Notes: generated from the sequence alone by a model not told the origin. A stretch of 64,000 nucleotides of DNA from Marsupella aquatica (GCA_973895155.1 OZ316896.1:18960754-19024753), one strand, 5' to 3'. Shown: positions 39,871 through 51,900, counted from the first letter of the stretch. Numbers and translations are program-made.

Positions 39871-41829
39871 ATACCTTACTTTCTCTCAACATTAGGGCGG
39901 GAAGAAAGGAAGAGAATCTTGGGAAGCAAGGTGTGGCCACTGGCTTCCCTCAAATCAGAATCTTCCGCTCAAAGTGTGGGAGAAGAGAGTCCCTCTTGAA
40001 AAGTCATGCATGGGGTTTACTCACTTCTATGAGTAACGTGTTCAACAGTTAATAGTGTTACTTTGGTAGCTCCTTTGGCTTATAGTGATTGTTGACTGGA
40101 AACTGCTAGAGCCGGCTCGCCTCTTGAACCAAAAAAAGGTTTGGCTCATTGTCACTAGAGGAGTTTGAACCCCACTTTTGGGGGATTATGTGTGTCAACT
40201 CTGCTCAAATCAAAAAAATGTTTGGAGTGTCAATAGAGGTGTCTGAACCCCACTTTTGGGGGGAATGTGTCAGTGTTAAAAGCTTATTGTGAGTTTTGAA
40301 TCGAACACCTGAGTCGCCCCACTACTCTTGTGCTCTACCAGTAGCCCATGGATTGCAAGATGCTCATGAGCATGTTTTCTAGGTATTTACTTTCAACATA
40401 CGGGCATCAAACCTGCAACTACCGGTTGCCGGCAACCACCTACTAATGGAACATACACAATGCAAGTGAACAACATTTAATGTGAATCACTTGATTTATA
40501 CTTAGAAGGAAATTGGGTTTTGCAGCGTTGTGTCCATCAATTTGTATTGTCTGATCCTTATGTTGTACTCTTTACAAGTCTTGGATTTTTTTACACAGAA
40601 AGATTTCATCCTTGTTTGACAAATGATCCTCTTCTAGTACTTGTTCTTGCTTTGGAATTATTGTAGAGTCCCTTGTTTCTTCATGATTGCGAGACTAGGA
40701 CAGGGAAAGACATCCTGCCACTTGTTCCAACTGATTTACAAGGACTTGAAATTCCAGGTTGTTGATACACTTTCTTGCAATTCATCCCGAAGCAATTCCA
40801 CCTCCGCCAGAAAATCCAGGTCGGGAAAAATTTTCATAGTAGCAAATATTACTTATTTGCATTTGCCAGGCAAAGCTGAGTTTCTGTCTAATGGAGATAG
40901 CAATTTGCATATGGAATCCTTTCAGACATATATCATCGAAGAAAAGACATCTATCTATCGGGCTATCTACCGACCCAAATACCGACCCAAGTAATGATGG
41001 GATCGAAGTCACCTACTAGCAACCACCATAAAAAACATTTGCGTGGTTAATGGTGTTGTTTTGTTTAATATTGCACGGGCCTTTGGGGGCAGGCAGCCAA
41101 TTAAAACATTTTGTTTCAAAGTGCAGAACATAAAACAGATGTGCAGGTCTCAAACTCTGAGGCCTAGCGAGAACTAGTAGCAAGTGCTCTACTCCATGGC
41201 AATAGCTCATAAGGGGCTGGCTAGTTCAGAAAGAAAGGTATTCACCTTCAAGAGCTCCAAGTGGTTGAGTCACGGCCGAGAGAGTCTTTCACAACACGAA
41301 TAGGTACAAGTCAAGAGAGCTAGTTCACGTGGAGTTTCCCAAGGGGCGAGTAGGGTGAGTGTTATTTTGTCTGTCGTTGTTTTTTGCAATTGATCATCCA
41401 TGAACTAGCTGGTCGCAAGTACGTGCTTTGAGATAGTAACTCATAAGGATTGAATCATGGTCAAGAGCTCAAAGTGGTTGAGTCATGACCAGGGTCAAAG
41501 GGGTTCAAGAGTCTCAAGTCCCGAGTGCACATCAGGGAAATCTGAGAGCTCCAAGCGGGGCTCCAAGTTCACATGGAGTCTTTGCAAGAGGAGATGGTGT
41601 CTCCAAGAGAGCCAAGTATTATTTTGTCTTGTTGTTTCTCTTCCTCACGTTTGGCTCGGAGGAAGAAACACAAAGTGTTACGGCTCAATGGAGAGATTGC
41701 GGCAAGACAGTCATTTTGAGTCCACAATAGATTGGCACTTAACAATCATGGAGAGAGAGTGATGTGGATAAATGTTTTTTCCTCTGCCCCCGCCTATATC
41801 GATGTTGATGACGGTGCCCATGCAATTCT

Positions 41830-42060
41830 GAACCAGCCATAATTTATAACACAAAGTGGGTGCGGGCTAACTGGGGAGAGGACAGGTCTAATCCATCTAT
41901 GAAAAGCTTGATGAGACTGGCCTATGGTTCACCAATTTTAATATGCCTTATCCCTCAGTTGAGAAATTAGATTATGTCTTGCCCAATCAAACCGAGCAGG
42001 TTTACTTTGATTTACCCAAACACAGCCAAGGCCTCTTGGAGACATATATGTCCTCCATAG
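41830..42060 (+). pseudogene. possible decayed CACTA/EnSpm transposase C-terminal fragment
   Basis: Frameshifted translation KWVRANW...SMK/LDETGLWFTNF...DYVLPNQTEQVYF resembles the DUF4216-type region of CACTA transposases; recognised by eye only. Confidence 0.4.
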
Positions 42061-43412
42061 GGAATGGAGGTCTTGACAAGTTGTTGAGGGTATAAATGAC
42101 CTTGAGTTTAACGATCTTGTGGATCATCATGAGGCTATTGAGGCTGAGCTTGTTGTAGTGGCTAACAGGGGAATGTCATTGGATGAAAGAGAATTGTAGT
42201 TTTTCTGGAGAGGGAAGTGTTGACAAGAAGTGATTGTGATGATGATGATGTCTTGGAAGATAAAGAAGATGACTCTTGGGGCAGGAAGTACTGATTGTAG
42301 GATCTTTGGTGATACTATTTTCTTAATATGCAGTTTTGAATTGAAATGCATGATCAGTCTTGGGCAAAAGTCCTCAGAATGCCTATGAGGCACTAAGGAA
42401 TAAGAACATAGCTAGCAGCCAACAATGCTATACTTGAGCAGTTCATAGGAGGAGCTGCAACTGATTTCAAGTAATTATGTACTCTATCCCTTTATAGTTT
42501 TGAATTGATGCCTTGGCTTTATTACTAACTGGGATTTACTAGAATGCCACTATTTTGTGACCTAATTACTACCTTGCCACACTTTTCCTTCTATTTACCA
42601 GAATGCCGCTCTTTTCCATCTCGGGTTAAGGAAAGTTACTCGAGTTAACCCCTGAGAATCCTACGCCTCTAATTTCATTTGCAACCCGCATCGGAGGGCC
42701 GACGCTTCCCTCACGGTTAGTTTTGTTAGCCCTGAGTTCGCTCCACACAGGGGTGGGTCGGCTGCCCCCACTCTTCGCACTGCCGCTCCCTCTCTGACTG
42801 CCTTGGTCTCGCTACCATACCCCGATTGCGTGCTTCATTCAACGTTTCCCTCCTTGATTGTGCGCCTTTTACTCACTCCCGCACCCCAACTACGATTTCC
42901 CTCCCCAATTCCGCCATCGCCAGGAGCTCCAACGACCACACAACAACGCTCTGTCTAAGCAGCAACTATCACACAGACGTGCGGATACCAGTTGCGATCA
43001 CATGCAGGCTTGGTGTGCATTTGTTTTAGGGTTTATGCTCCTGTGACATGTTTCGCGTTGGAGAACCAGACAGGGTTTAATTTTTTTGAGTTCACTAGGC
43101 TAGAAGCCAGCTCGGCGTAAGCACGTACATTGCAAGGCAACGGCGATATTGGCTCCATTAGGAGATCTGAACAACAATAAATTATTGGTGAGTTCCTCTA
43201 CCCTACGAAGTTCTGCTGCAGGATAGAACGTTGCAAAGCTTGCTAATTTCAGAATTTCAGACTGAGCGGCGAATTTCAGAATTTCAATGACTTCATGCAT
43301 GTTGCAAATGGTCGTGCGAGTGATCTCGTAATGATCCAATGCAGTGATTGGGGCAGTGATGCAACTCAATATTAATTCTAAAACAATCTTGGTTTTGCAG
43401 AGGTGTGGGGAC

Positions 43413-44120
43413 ATGGCAATTGCTGAGAAGCTTGTGGCAGCTAAGGAAGCACTTGGTGGAGTGATCTGGGCTGCAGCTGTGTTGTTGTTTGAGGGTGTGT
43501 TTTGGTCTTTGTTAGGACTCCTGAGTGAACTCTTCCGGTTCTTACATGAGTTGCTTGAGAAAATCATTGCACTTGCCCATCCTCAGCCTACCACAATAGA
43601 GCCCACCAATGACCAATGGGATGCAATTCTTCAACCAGTGATTCAACCATCTATTGTGCTTCAGCCATCCGATGGCGGGTCAACTGGACATCTCCTGTCT
43701 GAGCCTCGGTCTGCTCCAAGGCTTTACCAGAACCAGCCACCTCAAGTCCCTGTTGTTCAATATGCAGACAAATTCCATACTAGGATGACTGAGATTGGAC
43801 TTCACCCAGTGAAGCAAGAACTGGACCGAGCCTCAGAATTGCCTCATTAATCTTGTAATCATGGAGTTCTACATTCTAGGAAGTGGTGGTATGCTGTGGC
43901 TAGGGGTCGGAACCCTGATCTATACGAATGTTGGGAGGAAACTTCGCTTCAAGTATCTGGTTATAGCGGTAACAAGCATAAAAGCTTCACTTATAGATTT
44001 GAAGCAGAACAATGGTTAAGCTTCCATATTCATCCATAGGGAATATCCTCAGGAATAGCCTTAGGAATAGGGTATGGCACCTGTACAAATTTGTATCCTC
44101 AACAATATTATCTGCAATGA
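43413..44120 (+). pseudogene. MULE accessory gene with C-terminal RNase H1 N-terminal / Cauli_VI-like hybrid-binding domain
   Basis: One reading frame from ATG 43413 (after acceptor ttttgcag) with in-frame TAA 43848 and TAG 44037. 43881-44018 encodes KWWYAVARGRNPDLYECWEETSLQVSGYSGNKHKSFTYRFEAEQWL, matching the YAV.xGR..G.Y..W.E...QV.G(F/Y).G..(Y/H)K.F....EA pattern. Confidence 0.75.
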
Positions 44121-44242
44121 AATTATATGAGAGCCACAGTGTGCAAGATATTACAGCGTGTACATCAAAGTTCTCTCCACATGAATTGGAGCTCTCATTC
44201 CATGTCAAAATGAATCCACAGTGCCATTGAGACACTTTGGGT

Positions 44243-46524
44243 CTACTTATCTTGTGACACACTTGCTAGCAATTGAGAATAGAATCCATTTTGAATACTA
44301 TCTACATCATTTGCTTGCGAAAATGTAACATCTACAACCTCTTGTGAATGCAAGAACAGTTCATCGTCTGACACATAGGTTTCCTTCCTTGCAGTGACTG
44401 CTTCATTATTGAACTCTTCTTCGTCCACCTCGGTATCAGAGTCTGACTTGTGTTCATCCTGGACATCTAACCTGCTACTAGAGCTATCATCAGTCTCATG
44501 GCCAGTCTCATCTTCCTCATTGTCTATGGAAGGCCCTGTGCCTTTACCTTGTGAGAGGAATGCATCACGGCCTGGGCACTTCCTCTTATCATGGCCGCCT
44601 TCTCCACAATGGCAGCATCGTCGCGGTCTACGCACAGGATCCTCCTCTGGAAACCTCATCCTCGCCTTCTCAGATGGTCGGCCCCGCTTCCTCCTAATCC
44701 ATGGTGGACCACACCATAAGTCTGGCTCTAAATCACTTTGCAATATGGCAGGTATCGAAATATTAGAGTATGTTTTCTGAAATGCAGCAACAAAGTAGAA
44801 AGGTGAAACGTAGTCAAAGTGTCTCTTCCGCAACCTGGTGCATGCCCGCCATGCATGCACACATGGTAACAAGGTATCCTGCCAATCCCCACAACTACAG
44901 TGCCACTCAGGTTCAAATTGAACTAAAAATTGTCTCCCTAGAAAATCAGTAACCCTACATTCAGTTTCTGATGAAGGATCAGCAATAAGAAGGGAAGCTT
45001 TCTCCTCTGTTTGCTTCAAAGTGCTCATAATGTTGGAGGGAATGGTGTGGTGAGAGACATTGCCAACTCTCTCTTTTCAAAGAACTCAGTGGTCATGAAA
45101 TAGTCCCACAGTCGGTTTGACTGCTTGAAGGCAACTTCCTCCCTTTGTGGTTTCAATGCTCTATTTAAACTTTCAGCTTGTTGGTTGGTCTCATGTCCCC
45201 ACCTGTCATCAATGGTTTGCAATATCAAATGTCATTCATAAACTCTAAAACCTGCCTCAAACACATCCATGATTGTGGAGATGCTCAAGACTAAAATCCC
45301 AAGAATGAAGGGCAACATACCTTCTCACTGGACAATAAGCTCTAGAGTAGTGCTTTGGATGTGCAGTCTTCTCAATGTACTCGGCAAGCTTTGCATTCTT
45401 CTCCCGAATTCGATCGAGTCTTCTTTTGAATTGGTCCGGAGTAGTTGCATATACCAAGGGCTCGAACTCCTTGCTTGCTTGCCTGTTGAAGTGTGTCCTG
45501 CAATTGTGATCAACAAATCATGAGAGAATCACAACCACAGAAGAAGTGAAGCTATAATTCAATTCAAGTTGTTGCACTAAGCTGTTACCTGCAATTATCT
45601 GCAAGATGCCATGAGCATAATGCATGAAAGCCTCTTGGGAAAACCTCTTGGACACCATCCAACAATCCTTTTTCTCGATCAGAAATGAACACAGTGTTAG
45701 GTCGTGCCAATGAAGGAATAGCATCTCTAATCAATCCCAAGAATCTTCGCCATTCGGTATGGTTCTCAGTCGGTACCATACAATAAGCTAACATCACAAT
45801 AGTGTTGTTGGCATCAAGTGCAGTTGCTATGAGCAAAATCTGAGGATATGCCGATCTGGTGTGAGTTCCATCAAAAGCCACCAACGGTCTACAGTGCTCA
45901 AATGCCAGCCTTGCAGCTCCTGGACAGACAAACAAAGAATGAAATCTACCGTCTGGTGCTGAGTATGAGACTGTGGCTGCCGGATCCCGCTGTAAAATGT
46001 GATGACAGTGAGGTGGAATCAAGTAGAAAGAGTCTTTCTCCCGTCCATCCAACTTCTCCAATGCTTTCTTCTTTGCAACCCATGCCGTATGGTACCTGAT
46101 GTCTGGATCGATGATCAAGTGCTCTGGCTGTATCCCGCAATGAAGAGGCCCTAGTCTGCCTATTTCTCATGACTATATCCATTATTTGTTGTGCCAAGCG
46201 GTCCGAGTTAGTATGCATTCGTCGTTTCCAGTGGTCAGCTGCCTCACAGGTGTGTTCAATGTGTGCTTTCATGATTGTTATTACTCCAGTAATTTTCTTT
46301 CTTATGGCTCGGATCCACCAATGGCATCTACTCTCACTATCAACAGAGATGTCATTCAATTTGCAATATGTCAAGCATCGTGTCTTATCTTTTTTATACG
46401 TTCTTATAATTCATTCAGTCTGCACACCATGGTCAACAACTAAGCTTTTCAGCTCCTCAAATGATTCAAATGTTTGTCCTTCCTTCAGCCGACTAGGCCA
46501 TTGAGAAGCACTCTGGCGATTCAT
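44243..46524 (-). pseudogene. MULE (MURA-like) transposase, spliced and disrupted
   Basis: N-terminal CHWWIRA...EHTC, catalytic core AFDGTH..ALDANN..FISDREKGL..CSWHL, ETNQQAESLN, SWIM finger CSCGDWQDTLLPCVHA, RGRP and zinc knuckle CCHCGEGGHDKRKC. Introns near 45588-45497 and 45320-45203; at least one stop and two frameshifts. Confidence 0.9.
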
Positions 46525-47379
46525 GATCAATTTCCCTACACATTTTCAATTCAATGAAAACTCAGCAGAACACCAACACCAAGGGAAATGAAGGGAAACC
46601 GGGAGGCATTCACGTACATTTCTAAATACTGCTTCAACATTCGGCTAGAATGAATCCCTACAACAAGAGATTTTGATAGAGTAGCATACCTGCCAAATGT
46701 TGGGACGGTAGTGCAGCACGAGGTGCAAATGAGGGCACTGATTCAAATAACGAGATGGGGCCATCTTCTCAAAGTGCGGGATGTGGCAAAGAAGGCTTCA
46801 GTCTCTCACTTCATATGGCTCCACTTTGTTTGGTCGCAGGCAAAATTGGGATGCGGCTGAAGTGCTCATTGTTGGACCAGAGCTAATCTTGAGCTCTGGC
46901 TATGGTGGTCGCCGAGGTGGCCGCACATGGTGACAACGGAGTTGCATCCAGGGCGTCAAATATAGCTGGGGAGAGAACGGCCGGTTTGAGGCAAACAGGG
47001 GAACATCAGAACTAAGTTATTGGCGATGGCGGAAATCGGGGAGGGAGATCGTAGTTGGGGGTGCGGGAGTGAGTAAAAGGCGCACAGTCAGGGAGGGAAA
47101 CGTTGAATGAAGCACATAGTCGGGGTATGGTAGCGAGACCAAGGCAGTCGGAGAGGGAGCGGCACTGCAAAGAGTGGGGCAGCCGACCCACCCCTATGTG
47201 GAGCAAACTCAGGGCTGACAAAACTAACCGTGAGGGAAGCGTCGGCCCTCCGATGCGGGTTGCAAATGAAATTAGAGGCGTAGGATTCTCAGGGGTTAAC
47301 TCGAGTAACTTTTTGTTAAACACTATTTCTTCCCTACGATTAACTCAACTTAACTCTTCTCCATTCATTCGCTTTTGTA

Positions 47380-48070
47380 TTAACCAATTAATCGTCCAAC
47401 AACAGGGTAACCTAGTAAATCATTTTCATACTCTGAACCTGTGATTTCCGCTGAATGTTCTTCGATGTCTACTTCTTCTTTCCACTTCCTGGGTACGATC
47501 GACTCAGTTAATACTAATCCTTCCCTGTATATAATTTGTATAAATCCACACCACTCACGATAAGTGAAAATACAAATTGGAATACTCTCTTCCCTCAACC
47601 GACGCGTGATTAGGTGCGAACCAATCGAACAGATCCACAATTCAATTGGCCTGAGCCTAATTAGTGAGGAATTCTTCCTATCCTCGTTGCTAGTATTCAT
47701 GCTTCCAGTGACTGTGATCTGATTAGATCCAATTGTCTCATTGATACTCCCACCCGAAGTTCGATCAACTACTTATGCTACGGAGTAGATCAAGAAAGGC
47801 TATTCGCAAGTAGAACGACAATTCAATGATTACTCCGTTATGTTGCAGGTGTATGACAATTAGATTGTCATTCTCGAAACACACACACTTCAGCCAGACT
47901 CCACTGCTTACGAGTTGTCTGTTAGTTTGATTCCATAAGGTGTTACTCCTCAACGTGTTCACTCTGAGTGAATTAATCCTCATTCATTCTCTCGCCGTCA
48001 ATTACCATTTCTCCATGTAGACTCTCTCAACAATGTACTCATCCAAGAACAATTCATCAGATTGTGCCAT
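47380..48070 (-). pseudogene. second, decayed intronless ORF of the inserted cassette (unknown product)
   Basis: ATG 48070 (MAQSDELFLDEYIVERVYMEKW) is in frame with ORF 47983-47765 across a TAA and a TGA; ORF 47700-47380 follows in another frame. No recognisable domain. Confidence 0.35.
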
Positions 48071-48386
48071 AATAATTGCTTTACTTCTCAACATTAAAAT
48101 TCTACTCACATCTGAGTAGGGAACACTTAAACAGATCTACTAATTATCTTAAGGGAAGTCTGCCTTCGCCTTTCAATCAGATTACCTATTGCAAAAGTGA
48201 CACCTGATCTATGCTCTTGCCTGCCTTAAATACTATCTTCCGGCAACATTATTGGTTTCCAACTGCCCGACTAGCAAAAATGGTTATCTAACTTACTAAT
48301 CAAACATAACTGTATAGCAGTTAATAAACTACTGTTTGCGGTTACTAATCCGTAGTTTCCGATTGGTATACTCTGTTCAACTGAGA

Positions 48387-48983
48387 CTACTGCATCGAAC
48401 ATCTCTGTAAGCGATGGGTGGTTGGAGCCGTGGTTTCTGAACTGCCGATGGTTAAGCTTCTCAATTCGGATGTCACATGATGGACATTTAATGGAACTTT
48501 CGGTTCACTAATGTTCCAAAAAACGATTACTCGTTCAGCGGCGATTAGCCTCCAGCAGTGACGTTGTCGTTGATCGAGTTCTCGTCCCAACGTCAGGTTC
48601 CACTTAGATGACATGATTCCCCTGCAAAATTCTTCAACCGCTTCTTGAGTAGTCAATTGTCGTTGGTAAGTTTCACCATTCATGCCAAAAAGCTGCTGCC
48701 CTGCCTCATTCCATACTCGGCAGTCCCCCTCCCTAAGGCGGATCATAAATCGGAACATGGGCTTCCCTTCTCCTACGAGCTTGCAAATATGAGTGCCTCG
48801 ATCCCTGCTGAAAACGTTCGATCGTTCTTCTCCCATTTGCCTTCGTTGTCTTGCTTTCACTCCTAGAGCGCAATCTCTGCCGTCTCCTAGCTTGGTATCG
48901 CATCCTTCATAGCAAAACCCTAGTCCGGTACTACTCCAAATAGCAAAAATTGTCGTGCCTTCTAATGTTAGTCTCCCCGCCAT
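48387..48983 (-). CDS. RPA70 C-terminal (Rep_fac-A_C)-like OB-fold protein, 198 aa
   Basis: Open frame with the DBD-C pattern in order: TTIFAI..FCYEGC, RDC, HIC..KPMFRFMIRLRE, VWNEAGQQLFGMNG, EEFCRGIMSSKWNLTL, CWRLIAAERV. Confidence 0.68.
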   Translation of the reverse strand: MAGRLTLEGTTIFAIWSSTGLGFCYEGCDTKLGDGRDCALGVKARQRRQMGEERSNVFSRDRGTHICKLVGEGKPMFRFMIRLREGDCRVWNEAGQQLFGMNGETYQRQLTTQEAVEEFCRGIMSSKWNLTLGRELDQRQRHCWRLIAAERVIVFWNISEPKVPLNVHHVTSELRSLTIGSSETTAPTTHRLQRCSMQ

Positions 48984-51900
48984 CTTACTAAGCTATTTCT
49001 TCCTGCCACTGATCCCCTTAAATACTTGATCTATTATCTTCCGCTTGATGTTTCTTCACTAATTCTACTTAATTATTTTTCTTGGTTTACACTTTCCTTA
49101 ACCCGAGACGGAAAAGAGTGGCATTCTGGTAAATAGAAGGAAAAGTGTGGCAAGGTAGTAATTAGGTCACAAAACAGTGGCATTCTAGTAAATCCCAGTT
49201 ATTACTAATGGTTCACAGTCATGACATTGTCAAGGTGATTTCAGTTTACAGGGTGAGGCAAGGGGCAAGCGTCTGTCTAAGCTGTCAAAGAAGATTGACC
49301 AGAATCAGCCTTCTCTACCAAAGCATAGGAGTTCCCAATTACTTGGTAGGCAGCTGGACAAACTCATGGAGAGTGACAACAGTGGGAGTGATGGGTCTGG
49401 AAATTCATCTAACACACACTATGAGGCAGGTTTAAGTGATGGCTTTGAATCATATGATATTCAAGAGCCAAGTAAGGTAGGAGAAGACTCATTGTCATTT
49501 TCTACTTCAAGTTCAATGCATTAATTTTCCAATTTCTGCATATGTTGATATGTTGCTAGTGTTACTAATTACTTGAATGTGCACACTGTTATCCTCAGGC
49601 TCCCTAAGAGTCAAGGCCTAAATATCTTGTGGATCCTAGGACAAATGAAGTGAGTTTATGTAAGTAATTCGTTACCTCACTTTTTGCACTTCTTTTTGAC
49701 TTGCTAAGTGATTCGCCGAGTTCAAAGATTCTCACATGTTAACATATTTGTTGCAGATTGTCACAAGTTACAGATTTGTTGCAGATTCTCACAAGTAATA
49801 GATTTGTTGTCGATTGTCACAAGCTACATTATGTTTGACTTGCTAACAGAATCTCTTTGGTTTTTTGTGGTAGTGACACCCTTGCCAAGAGCATCTACTT
49901 GTAATCTGGATGATGGAATTGTCATAGAAAGATCAGAACAGATACATATATGACAATCATCACTCATGGGGTCCATCAAGTAATACTTTTTATTTAGTGT
50001 ACAACAAGCATACACACACAAGTTGTCAAATTAGTATGAGAGTAGGAGAGTCATGATACTCAAGTGGTGTGCTCCTGTTGTTAGTGGTGGTGCCGGTGAA
50101 TGAGCTCGAGAGTGAGATGGTGAAGGCGCTGATAAACCTTCCAAATTATCCCGTGCCAAAATGAGGTTTTGTCCCCTTCATTTCATTGCCAACCTTTGGG
50201 ATCCTGTCTTCTGGTTATGAGCCTTTTGCTTGTTGGCAATGTGATATATAATATGGTGTAGATATTCAGTATAATTTATTAGGGACCAAAAGGGGTGCAA
50301 AATAACTGTGAATTCATGATGGATACATTTTTGCCTTGGATATCTCTAAGAAGTGCCAGAAAGGAAACTATAATCTTACTAATAATTTGCGAACGGAAGC
50401 TACTGCAAAGGTCTACGGGGTCTAGAGTGAAGCCTCTAGACCGTGACTCTACTGTAACTCACAAACACAGAATAAAAGATGAACCGAAACAACTAGCTAG
50501 GAACAGTTTTTTGTGCAAGTTACCTTTTCGACCTCATCTCTTTCCGTTCAAGGAACGGGTAGTCAAGGCTAGTAGCAAGAAATTTACATGGGCTGGGAAC
50601 ATTGATTGCAGATCATGCACATGTAAGCCCTGCCCAATTTCTTTCAGGTTGTTAATTGGACAAACTGGTGAGGGTTAGGGGATTTGATTTCTGAACTCAA
50701 TTGATGATTGAGAAGAACTAAGGTAGACAAACAGTGTAAGTTTCAAAATGTCCCAAATAGACTATCCTGGAAATTACATTTTTGTAATGAGCCCAAAATG
50801 ATAAGAACTCCACCTTTGGTACAGAGTTAGAGTTATCTCAGACCTTTGTTTAGACCTGTGTTGCAAGAGAAATAAGTGGATAATTGTGGACATAGGCTGA
50901 CTGCCCTTTCCTTCAAATTTAAATAGAGGTGAGAAAATTCAAGGCTGTTGTGGGGAAGAGTATATGTTGTTCAATTGGTTGCGAGTGAGGAAGGCTGGGA
51001 GTAAGGAGTACGGATGCTGTTAGAATTTTAAGCTAATAAGATTGCAGTTTTTCCAGTGACTGAGGGGTGTACAAATACTGTATCAAGTAATATGATTTTC
51101 CCTCACACTCCCTCTTAAACTTCAGGGGTACCCCCTGCCCCTGTATAAAAATAGTACAGGGCATTCTCATTGGCTCCTGAGTCAAAATTCATACTTTTAA
51201 AATACTATATACACTTTGGCATACAGTGTATTTGGGCCCTAGTTAATGTCAGAGGGAGTGACCGTACTCCCTACCCCTGGCCCATGGAACCTGGCCCTTA
51301 TTTAGAGACTCACCCCTGATCCCCAATCCCTGCATTCCACCCACACCCCCCATTTAGTTGTCTCCCAATCTCTGTTTCCACCCACACAAGCCAGCCCAAG
51401 ACTCATGGTCTATAGGTTTCATTTTAGATAGTAGGCTCTGGAGTGGGACTCTACATAGTAGGTTCAAGAGTAGGCTAAGGAGTAGGCTCACATAAAGATT
51501 ACTTAGTTACTTAGTTATATAATAAAAGAGTGAAAACCTGCAGGGGAACAAGGGCTCAACGTACTAGGGCCTCTTCACAACACCTTATTAGTCCATCCGT
51601 CAACCCCAAACTCACGTTGGAGTCTAAAATGGTGACATTGGAAAAGTTCTGTGAAACCTGGTTTTGGCCATTAAAGTGATTCGATCCTCCTTTGGATCCC
51701 TTCCTTAGGCTGCAAATGGAAGAACTGATGAGGCTCGAGCTGAGGCTGCCAAGTGGGCATTATGGGGAAGTTCGCTCTGCAAGCAAATCGACAGTCTTTC
51801 CATCTTCCAAATTTGTCGTTTCGATGCAAAAATTTCAACATGAGACATGGTCGAGGAATCAAATCGTGTTCCGTTGAGCGACGTTTCTCTGAGAACAACC

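Larger units (their letters stand above)
47314..49091. mobile_element. 1778-bp gene-bearing insertion inside the MULE right TIR
   Basis: Removing it restores a contiguous right TIR. Ends TGTTAAAC...GTTTACA; flanks CTTTT (47309-47313) and CTTTC (49092-49096), where the left TIR predicts a single CTTTC. Confidence 0.75.
42529..49198. mobile_element. Mutator-like element (MULE), 6670 bp, 10-bp TSD, right TIR interrupted
   Basis: TSD TTATTACTAA at 42519-42528 and 49199-49208. Left TIR ~42529-42921 is matched in reverse complement by 49092-49198 plus 47020-47313. Contains a MURA-type transposase. Confidence 0.95.

Noticed and set aside
47314-49091. Helitron origin for the RPA-like cassette
   Set aside because: No 5' TC, 3' CTRR or subterminal hairpin at the boundaries on either strand, and a target duplication is present, which Helitrons do not make. 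An internal Helitron-derived fragment cannot be excluded.
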